Origin: an uncultured Clostridia bacterium
Lineage (GTDB): Bacteria; Bacillota; Clostridia; Christensenellales; CAG-138
Assembly: GCA_934633695.1 (NCBI GenBank)
Contig: CAKTYT010000002.1
Coordinates: 38,767-102,766 of the forward strand
DNA: 64,000 nucleotides
Direction of reading: 5' to 3'
The notes beneath the pieces were generated by a model. That model did not search any database and had not been told where the DNA came from. It was given only the letters and a program-made list of their open reading frames with translations. Every line of letters begins with the position of its first letter. Position 1 is the stretch's first letter. The translations under genes and the position numbers were made by a program. Below are positions 48,673 to 55,871 of this stretch, piece after piece.

Positions 48673-49077
48673 ATGGAGTTGATAATCGGTGGGGCATACC
48701 AGGGTAAGCTCACACATGCCGTTTCGCAGCATTCGCTTGAACGAGATGAAATGCTTGACCTTGCAGAAATAACCGGGAAAACAGATTTTAGCATAAATTT
48801 AAGCAAGATACGGTGTGTTTATCACCTCGAAAGCTTAACTTACCACGCTGTTAAATCAGGAAGCTGCCAGACAGCTTTCTACTTTATAGATAATTTGATC
48901 AAAAGCAGTCCCAAAGTCATCATAATATCGAGAGAAGTCGGAAGCGGAATTGTCCCCATGGGTAAGGACGAGAGATTGTTCCGTGAATTCCACGGCGAGA
49001 TACTTTCAAAAATAGCTGCAAGGGCTGATAGAGTGATGCGGGTTTTCTGCGGAATATGTACCTGTATCAAGGGATGA
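48673..49077 (+). CDS. CobU-like paralogue with degenerate P-loop
   Basis: The N-terminus MELIIGGAYQGKL contrasts with GGSKSGKS in cobU. The C-terminus ISREVGSGIVPMGKDERLFREFHGEILSKIAARADRVMRVFCGI resembles the CobU C-terminal region. Confidence 0.65.
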   Translation: MELIIGGAYQGKLTHAVSQHSLERDEMLDLAEITGKTDFSINLSKIRCVYHLESLTYHAVKSGSCQTAFYFIDNLIKSSPKVIIISREVGSGIVPMGKDERLFREFHGEILSKIAARADRVMRVFCGICTCIKG

Positions 49078-49092
49078 GTTGAGGAGAGAATA

Positions 49093-49707
49093 ATGCTGTT
49101 GACATTAGTCAGGCACGGGGAGACACTGTGCACAAGGCGGAGACTGTACAGCGGAGCGTCGGACGTACCGCTGATACTTTCAAGTTTTTCAAAGCTTTTG
49201 CAATACAGAGGAAAAAATCTGTATCCGCTTGCAGACCATTACTACACGAGCGGAATGAAGCGGACGGAACAAACTCTTTGGGCGATTTACGGCAATGTTG
49301 CGCACGATAACATACCTGCCCTTGCGGAAATGAACTTCGGTGAGTTTGAGGGAAAAAGCTATGATGAGCTGAGATACAATCCGAATTACATTAAATGGAT
49401 CACCGGTGATAACGAAAAGAATGTATGTCCCGGCGGAGAAAGCGGAGAGCAGGTCACGCTTCGCTCCATGGCAGCACTTGAAAAAATCATTGCAAGTAAT
49501 GTCGATTCAGTTGTTGTTACTCATGGCGGAATCATCGGTGGAGCGATGAACTGCTTTTTCCCGAATAAGAACGGCAGATTCGAATATACACCGAAACCCG
49601 GTTCCGGCTTTACGATTGAATTTGCAGACGGCAAACCCCTGCGGTACAGAAAGATTCCGACAGCTGAGCTCAATTGGGTTTATGCGGAAAAAATGCAAAA
49701 TAATTAA
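49093..49707 (+). CDS. cobC: Histidine phosphatase family protein, probable alpha-ribazole phosphatase
   Basis: The product has the RHGET motif (LVRHGETL). The gene is last in the cob cluster. Confidence 0.8.
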   Translation: MLLTLVRHGETLCTRRRLYSGASDVPLILSSFSKLLQYRGKNLYPLADHYYTSGMKRTEQTLWAIYGNVAHDNIPALAEMNFGEFEGKSYDELRYNPNYIKWITGDNEKNVCPGGESGEQVTLRSMAALEKIIASNVDSVVVTHGGIIGGAMNCFFPNKNGRFEYTPKPGSGFTIEFADGKPLRYRKIPTAELNWVYAEKMQNN

Positions 49708-49892
49708 AAAAGGACTTTGATCCTGAGGGCATTGAAATATCCGGAGGTGAGGCTCAGAAGATTGCACTTGCGAGAGCTTTATATAAGAATGCTCCGTTCA
49801 TCGTACTTGACGAACCCACCGCTGCATTGGACCCTGTCTCGGAATACGAAGTGTTTGTCAGATTCAGCAAGATAGCTGAAAAGGCTTCCTGA
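49704..49892 (+). pseudogene. 3' fragment of an ABC transporter ATP-binding gene (signature + Walker B only)
   Basis: The open frame 49704-49892 reads ...[52 protein letters not shown]-stop. It has no Walker A, no start codon and no RBS. It abuts the cobC stop. Confidence 0.75.
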
Positions 49893-49950
49893 AGAAAGCA
49901 AAAAACGAGTGGGATTAACGAAGATATATATTCAGATGTGAGGAATCTGC

Positions 49951-49979
49951 TTGCATCTGAATGAAATTAATGTTATAAT
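49951..49979 (+). promoter_or_regulatory. Sigma-70-type promoter upstream of secG
   Basis: The promoter reads TTGCAT - 17 nt - TATAAT, with TGt just upstream of the -10 element. Confidence 0.5.
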
Positions 49980-50096
49980 GACAAGTGCAATTGAATTTGA
50001 ACAGGGCAGGTTAGAAGCAGTTCGGCTCGGTATGCTGGGGGTACTTTCCCACAGGGGAGCAGGGCTTTGTCCGACGCCCGGAAAGGAATAAAGATT

Positions 50097-50360
50097 ATGC
50101 AAGCTGTAACTCTTATTGTCAACGTCCTTATGCTCGTTGTAGCCGCCCTGCTCGTATGGGTCATCTTGTCACAGGATGCAAAAAACGCCGGTCTCGGCAG
50201 TGCATTCGGCAATGATACCACTGCACTTGGCCAGGCACGCAATGCAAAGGCAAGCAAAGAAGCCAAAAAGCAGAAGCTGACTGTTATCCTTGCTATCGTA
50301 CTCGGCGTACTTGCATTGATTCTGCTGGTTTTGCCCGGTATCGAAAAACTGATGAAGTAA
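50097..50360 (+). CDS. secG: Preprotein translocase subunit SecG
   Basis: The 87-aa two-TM protein has the Gly-rich loop QDAKNAGLGSAFG. The ATG at 50097 was chosen over the ORF-track start at 50067. Confidence 0.85.
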   Translation: MQAVTLIVNVLMLVVAALLVWVILSQDAKNAGLGSAFGNDTTALGQARNAKASKEAKKQKLTVILAIVLGVLALILLVLPGIEKLMK

Positions 50361-50449
50361 TATCTTGTTGATTGATTTGGCAAGTGACGCAGCATCTGCA
50401 TGTGTTGCGGGTGCTGCGTTTTCCTTAAAAACTGCTGTCTGAGGGAGTT

Positions 50450-50914
50450 ATGCCTGTAAAAAACGGTGTAAAATTGTTGACGGAAAACCGTAAGGCTCGT
50501 CATGAATACTTTGTTGAAAGCACATACGAATGCGGCATTGCTTTGGTGGGTACCGAGGTCAAGAGCATTCGCATGGGTAAGGTCAACATAAAGGACTCCT
50601 ACGCCAAGGTCAAGGATGGCGAGGTGTTCGTTGTCGGTATGCATGTCAGCCCCTATGAAAAGGGCAATATTTTCAACCGCGATCCGTTCAGGGACAGAAA
50701 GCTGCTGCTGCATAAACGAGAGATCCGCAAGCTGAATGCACTTTCACAGGCAGATGGGTACAGCCTTATTCCCTTGAAGCTGTATCTTAAGGACGGCAAG
50801 GTGAAACTCGAGCTTGCCGTTGCAAAGGGTAAGAAACTCTACGATAAACGGCACGATATCGCAGAGAGGGATGCAAAGCGTGCAATGGACCGCAGGAACA
50901 GCGACATCTACTGA
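50450..50914 (+). CDS. smpB: SsrA-binding protein SmpB
   Basis: The product shows [11 protein letters not shown]...[11 protein letters not shown]...LLLHKREI, canonical for SmpB. Confidence 0.95.
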   Translation: MPVKNGVKLLTENRKARHEYFVESTYECGIALVGTEVKSIRMGKVNIKDSYAKVKDGEVFVVGMHVSPYEKGNIFNRDPFRDRKLLLHKREIRKLNALSQADGYSLIPLKLYLKDGKVKLELAVAKGKKLYDKRHDIAERDAKRAMDRRNSDIY

Positions 50915-50950
50915 TTCGCTCACTCTGCAAACAAATTTACGGGGGCGTAC

Positions 50951-51295
50951 ATGGTTTCGACGGGGATTGTGGATGCCGGATAAGCGAGTCGAAGCCCCGA
51001 GCTTCGTTAAAAGCGGGAAATCTTAAAAAATAAACGACGAATATAACTTCGTACCCGCTGCTGCTTAATTAGCACAGCTGTCCGCCCGCAGTTGCCCACG
51101 ACTGCGGATACGGGCATCATCAATGTGGGGAACCAACCGGAGAGTGTCTCGTCTCCGGCGGGATTAAGAGGCTACTGAGCTTGCAACCCCGTTGGTGGGG
51201 GTGCCGGTGAGGGAATGTCAAATCGCCAACTACGCTCGTAGAAAGTCTTGCAGACTGGTTTTCGGACAGGGGTTCGACTCCCCTCGCCTCCACCA
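50951..51295 (+). ncRNA. ssrA: tmRNA (transfer-messenger RNA)
   Basis: The 5' GGGGGCG pairs with the 3' CGCCTCC-ACCA, including the G3-U70 alanine identity pair. The T-arm is GGGGTTCGACTCCCC. The tag frame AAC GAC GAA TAT AAC TTC GTA CCC GCT GCT GCT TAA spans 51043-51078. The gene lies directly after smpB. Confidence 0.93.
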
Positions 51296-51341
51296 TTTTA
51301 TTTTTATAATATTCAACATTCGACTACAGAAGGCCTATTTA

Positions 51342-51746
51342 ATGGAGTTATCTGATTTTTCCAAGGTAAATGAATCGGAATTGTCCGACGAACAAACGAA
51401 ATTGGATGCGGTATGGGATTTATGGGCAGGAGGCAATGCCGTCTCCCCCTATGAAGAGTTGATGACCTACCAGAGTGAAGTCAATAACGGCGGACATGAC
51501 CAATATTTTTCCAATCTGGAAAGTTCAGGCGACTTGGAAAAAGAAATGAAAGTCTTGGAATCCGTCTTGTCGACAACATTGAATGATAATTTGCAGAAAG
51601 CACACAAAGCATACCTGATGCTTTGCGAAAACGAAGATGACGAAGAATCCCAGTTACTGCTCGAACAGTGCGATGATGTATTCTTCGAAAACCAGGACGA
51701 TGTCAATAGTGTCCTAATAAAGTACGCTGCAAAAATTGGACTGTAA
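51342..51746 (+). CDS. DUF4375 / DMP19-like protein (immunity-protein-like)
   Basis: The product is MELSDFSKV...YQSEVNNGGHDQYFSNLE. The NGG-x-x-Q-[YF]-F motif is characteristic of that family as I recall it. The ORF-track start at 51192 lies inside tmRNA and was rejected. Confidence 0.6.
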   Translation: MELSDFSKVNESELSDEQTKLDAVWDLWAGGNAVSPYEELMTYQSEVNNGGHDQYFSNLESSGDLEKEMKVLESVLSTTLNDNLQKAHKAYLMLCENEDDEESQLLLEQCDDVFFENQDDVNSVLIKYAAKIGL

Positions 51747-51749
51747 ATC

Positions 51750-52381
51750 ATGAGCGAACATACTCATGTCCGAAGGGCAAAGCCCGGGGACGAGAAAATT
51801 CTTGCATACATTCAGACTGAAAGTTGGAAGGATGCCTTTAAGGGAATAATACCTGACGGCATCCTTTTAAGTTGCACTGAAGTTGAACGTGCCATTGAGA
51901 TGTACAGAAAACTCCTGGCAGAAAATAAGGGAAATGGATACATTTTGGAATTGAACGGACCCCCCATTGCATTGCGTGGTGGGATGCTGCCAGAGAAAAG
52001 GATATAGTTGGGGTTGCCGAGTTGATCTGCATCCATTCACTCAAGGATAACCGACGCAAAGGTTACGGCAGAATAATGATGAGGCGAATACTTGATGATA
52101 TTGAACAGGCCGGATATTCAGAGCTGATATTATGGGTATTTGACAGCAACATGAGTGCGATCAGGTTCTATGAGGCTCACAGCTTTGCTGCAAGCGGAAG
52201 AAAGCAGCCCGCCTTTGGTGCGAGAAGAGATGTATGTCAAATCCATAATGGGATGATAGGTCATAAAGATCTGTTTCGACAAACTTGCCGACATAAGGAA
52301 ATGGACATGGCAAAGGCTGTTACCGCCACAACCTTCTGCGAAAATGATGAAAAGGCATTGCTCAGCGTGCATTTTGTATGA
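51750..52381 (+). pseudogene. GNAT family N-acetyltransferase disrupted by a 5-bp tandem duplication (and possibly a second frameshift)
   Basis: ORFs 51750..52007 and 52022..52381 are two parts of one GNAT gene (…ICIHSLKDNRRKGYGRIMM…). Removing one copy of ATTGC from ATTGCATTGC at 51966-51975 restores ...ELNGPPIAWWDAAREKDIVGVAELICIHS. Confidence 0.8.
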
Positions 52382-52533
52382 AGCTCAGTTTTCGTGAGGG
52401 TACACCTGTCGTAGAGTTCGGATATCCAAATCAGGCTTTTATTTTGCCTGCGGAAAAATAGACCGGAAGAGCGTCGTTTCCCGATGAGCCAATCACGCCC
52501 GCTCCTCCATACCGCTGGCATCAATTCAGTGAA

Positions 52534-52869
52534 TTATTTTCTTGTTTTTTTGCAGTATTTGCAGCGTCTGGGAGGAACGAATCCATTCTCCTCAATTTTT
52601 TTCTGAAAATCCGCATAGTAAGTGAATTTTCTGCCGCACACACAGCAGGTAAGCTCCTTATCGACGTACTTTTTCTCGGTGGAAACGTTGACTCCGGGTT
52701 TTGCCTTCGTCCTTCTTGTGACCTTTGTCCCAACTTTGACCTCGCGGATCGTCGAGCGGACGATGAACGAGCTGCCCACCATCTTTTCTTCGCAGAAACG
52801 CTGCTCCATCTCCACAATTCTCTCCTCTCTGATCTCAAAATCGTCCTCGTGATACTTTGCGTAACCCAT
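52534..52869 (-). CDS. Small protein with C-terminal CxxC...CxxC zinc ribbon (zf-trcl-like)
   Basis: The C-terminus LTCCVCGRKFTYYADFQKKIEENGFVPPRRCKYCKKTRK fits a zinc ribbon. AAGGAG serves as the RBS. Confidence 0.65.
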   Translation of the reverse strand: MGYAKYHEDDFEIREERIVEMEQRFCEEKMVGSSFIVRSTIREVKVGTKVTRRTKAKPGVNVSTEKKYVDKELTCCVCGRKFTYYADFQKKIEENGFVPPRRCKYCKKTRK

Positions 52870-52941
52870 AGTTTTTCTCCTTTTTTGTTTTTCTTTGCGT
52901 GTTTACCTGCAAAAACAGCAGTGCCTGTCGGACAGGCTTGC

Positions 52942-53938
52942 CTTGCAACTTATCCCGTTTCAGCTCCCCATTTTTTGCTATTTCTGAGTGGAATAGATAG
53001 GCTGCACTTGAAGTGTTGTACCGCTGTACCCTTGCAACCTATCCCGTCTCAAGGTTCGCTTTTTGGGCTATTTCTGAACGGAATAGATGGGCTGTACTTG
53101 CAGTGTTGCACTGCTGTACCCTTGCAACCTATCCCGCTTTAGCTCCCCACTTTTTTGTGGGACGGCCGAACGGAATAGATAGGCTGCACTTGCTGTTGTA
53201 CTGCTGTACCCTTGCAACCTATCCCGCTTCAGCCAAGGATTTTTTGTGGGACGGCCGAACGGAATAGATAGGCTGTGCTTGCACTGTTGCACTGCTGTAC
53301 CCTTGCAACCTATCCCGCTTCAGCCAAGGATTTTTTGTGGCTATTTCTGGGCGGAATAGATAGGCTGTGCTTGCACTGTTGCACTGCTGTACCCTTGCAA
53401 CCTATCCCGCTTCAGCCAAGGATTTTTTGTGGCTATTTCTGGGCGGAATAGATAGGCTGCACTTGCACCGTTGTACCGCTGTACCCTTGCAACCTATCCC
53501 GCTTTAGCCATGCATTTTTTGTGGCTATTTCTGGGCGGAATAGATAGGCTGCACTTGCAGGGCTGCACTGTTGTACCCTTGCAACCTACCCCGCTCCAGT
53601 TGCACGTTTTTTGGGCTATTTCTGGACGGAATAGATAGGCTGCACTTGCAGGGCTGCACTGTTGTACCCTTGCAACCTACCCCGCTCCAGTTGCACGTTT
53701 TTTGTGGGACGGCTGAATGGAATAGATAGGCTGCACTTGCACCGTTGTACCGCTGTACCCTTGCAACCTATCCCGCTTTAGCTCCCCACTTTTTTGTGGG
53801 ACGGCCGAACGGAATAGATAGACTGCACTTGCTGTTGTACTGCTGTACCCTTGCAACCTATCCCGCTTCAGCCAAGGATTTTTTGTGGGACGGCCGAACG
53901 GAATAGATAGGCTGTGCTTGCAACCTATCCTGCTTTAA
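52942..53938. repeat. Array of 11 tandem ~90-nt mosaic repeats plus a truncated 12th; non-coding, function unknown
   Basis: Unit starts are 52942, 53031, 53121, 53211, 53302, 53394, 53486, 53578, 53669, 53760 and 53850, with a truncated unit at 53917. The conserved blocks tgtacccttgcaacctatcccgct and ggaatagataggctg alternate with a small set of reassorting variable segments. Confidence 0.95.
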
Positions 53939-54066
53939 CAAGTCACTTTTACTGTTTATTGAAGAAATAAATTGTCGATTTTTGCTGTCTAACAATTTGA
54001 AACTGTCGATTTTGATAAACAGGATTTATGGAGATGCTTTCGTTCGTCAATATAATAAAAGTCAAC

Positions 54067-54099
54067 AAAAAAAAGCTCCATGCCAAATTTGCATGGAGC
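54067..54099 (-). terminator. Rho-independent terminator after the coiled-coil hydrolase gene
   Basis: A perfect 9-bp stem GCTCCATGC/GCATGGAGC (54075-54083 with 54091-54099) is followed by TTTTTTTT on the minus strand. Confidence 0.9.
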
Positions 54100-54110
54100 C
54101 CTCTATTCGG

Positions 54111-55715
54111 TTAATCTAACTCATAGCCTGCCGGAATGAAGTCACGAATGAGCTCGCAGACCCTATCCGGTCGTTCCTCATGGGGCAGGTGTCCGGAATT
54201 GCGAATGAGCTCAAACCTTGCATTTTTAAGCACGGCAAGGTAGATATCCTTTCGTTCAAGCGAATGCCACCTGTCCCCATCACCCCAAAGGACGAGTACT
54301 TCATGGTTAATCTCGCGAAGGAGCGTGAGGACATCCTCTTCGTCAAACGCATTAACTGTCCTTCTGACACTGTAACGAACATCGCTGCTTATAAACGGCA
54401 TCGAATACTGCTCGATATCATGCTCTTTAATTGCGGTGTGGTCAAATACACACTCATCGAGCAAAGCCGCAACGCTCTTCTGTGAAAAAACTCGTCCTGC
54501 AAACACGCCGAGGAGGCCGCTCTCAAGCATGCGGACGGACAGAGGCATGTCGGACGTAATACCGCCCGGCGAAATAAGGACGATCTTATCAACACGCTCC
54601 GGATGGAGCTTTGCAAGGCTGAGAACATAACCTGCCCCCATTGAAAAGCCTGCGAAATGAGCAGTTTCAATTCCGATTGCATCCATGAACCTTGCAAGGC
54701 TCTCTCCATGGTCTTCAATCGAAAAATCGAAGAAATCCGGCCGCTGCGAGTAGCCGTGACCGGCAAGATCAAGCAGAATAACTCTGTAACTCCTTGCAAG
54801 TTTCTCAAATACTTTGTTAAATGTATAGAGCGACTGACCAGCACTGTGAACGAGGATTATCGGCTCACCTTTGCCCATTTCCATATAGTGAAAACGTGCC
54901 GTTTCGTATTTTGTAACAATGCTGCGTGCATTCTTTTTTAGGTTTACAACGTCGTTTTCCGCAGATGCAATATCTGCTGTCAGCTTTTCAAGCCTCTCCT
55001 TGGCCGACTTTTGCCTTTCGGTCAGCTTTTTCAGCTTTTCCTCAAGCACATTACATGCGGTCGATGCCGATTGCAGTGAAGCGGAGGCCAGTTTCATCTT
55101 TTCATTTGCCGAGTCATATTCTGAGCGAATGGATTTAAATTCTGTTTCCGAAACGCTCAGCCTTGCCTTTGCAGCGTCTGAAAGCTCACGCTTTTCATCA
55201 AGTTTTTCGCCTGCTGCTCTGACATCACTTTCAAGCCGGGCCTTTTGATCGGCAGACGGAGCCTCACTTGCAGCTGTTGCGGCTTTCAGAATCTGTTCAG
55301 CTTTCTTTTTCTCGTCTTCTGCACTGCGTACTGCGGCGAAAGCACTGCTGTATTCCGTTTTTTTAAGGGCATAATCTGCTTTCGACTTGTCAAAACGGAA
55401 CTTTACCTCGTTAAAGCTCGGTTCAATCTCCTTTTTTTCTTTTTCTGACTTATTCAATTCACGTCGGGCATTCTCCGAATCCTTGAGCAGCTTTGCGACG
55501 GCATCGCTTGCAGCCCTGTACGCCTTTTCTGCGTTTGTTTTTGCCTGACTCAGTTCCTTTGTCTTCCTCTGTGCAGACTCAACTGCACTGCTGTCTTTAT
55601 TTACTGCCTTAACTTCACTCTTCCTTGCCGGAAGCTCACCGGGAAGCGTTACCTCAACATACTCTCCGGTGTGTTTTGAATTAATAAATTTTTTTATCTC
55701 TAATGAAATACCCAC
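54111..55715 (-). CDS. Fusion of ~270-aa Ala/Lys/Glu-rich coiled coil with C-terminal alpha/beta hydrolase
   Basis: The GTG start follows GGAGGGG. The C-terminal domain has HSAGQS, the nucleophile elbow GFSMG, and GDGDRW ... NSGHLPHEE as the acid/His pair. Confidence 0.8.
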   Translation of the reverse strand: MGISLEIKKFINSKHTGEYVEVTLPGELPARKSEVKAVNKDSSAVESAQRKTKELSQAKTNAEKAYRAASDAVAKLLKDSENARRELNKSEKEKKEIEPSFNEVKFRFDKSKADYALKKTEYSSAFAAVRSAEDEKKKAEQILKAATAASEAPSADQKARLESDVRAAGEKLDEKRELSDAAKARLSVSETEFKSIRSEYDSANEKMKLASASLQSASTACNVLEEKLKKLTERQKSAKERLEKLTADIASAENDVVNLKKNARSIVTKYETARFHYMEMGKGEPIILVHSAGQSLYTFNKVFEKLARSYRVILLDLAGHGYSQRPDFFDFSIEDHGESLARFMDAIGIETAHFAGFSMGAGYVLSLAKLHPERVDKIVLISPGGITSDMPLSVRMLESGLLGVFAGRVFSQKSVAALLDECVFDHTAIKEHDIEQYSMPFISSDVRYSVRRTVNAFDEEDVLTLLREINHEVLVLWGDGDRWHSLERKDIYLAVLKNARFELIRNSGHLPHEERPDRVCELIRDFIPAGYELD

Positions 55716-55871
55716 TGTGTGTCCCCTCCGATATAATCGTTTTCATCCCCATGCTGAGTGTATGCACACTCTGCCACAATGATATTGTACACGCAAAAAA
55801 TGTAGGTTGCAAGCATTTTTACCGTTTTTTTCAAGAAAAAGGCAGAAAAAAATGAGAGCTTCATACTTTGT

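Noticed and set aside
49973-50713. 246-aa minus-strand ORF
   Set aside because: It runs antisense across the secG promoter, secG and the start of smpB. Both plus-strand genes are clearly real.
51192-51341. N-terminal extension of the DUF4375-like ORF
   Set aside because: The first ~100 nt lie inside the tmRNA T-arm and acceptor. A good ATG at 51342 gives the natural MELSDF start.
52849-53292. ORFs 52849..53142 (+), 53013..53267 (+) and 53068..53292 (-) as repeat-containing proteins
   Set aside because: The repeat period drifts between 89 and 92 nt and is not a multiple of 3. Almost no unit contains an ATG, and there is no RBS. These are translation artefacts of the tandem array.
53000-53930. 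Sigma-54-type promoter (GG-N-TTGCA) inside each repeat unit
   Set aside because: In aGGCTGCACTTGCA the GG to TTGCA spacing is about 2 nt shorter than the TGGCAC-N5-TTGCA consensus. No enhancer-binding protein gene is nearby.
52942-53938. CRISPR array
   Set aside because: The segments between the conserved blocks are not unique spacers. They all share a central T-run, fall into a handful of homologous variants, and recur (for example 53121-53301 is nearly identical to 53760-53916). No cas genes or leader-like region are visible in the window.
51296-54110. Calling the tmRNA-adjacent segment a mobile element
   Set aside because: I could not find an integrase, a recombinase, or a direct repeat of the tmRNA 3' end. 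It is reported only as a possible remnant.
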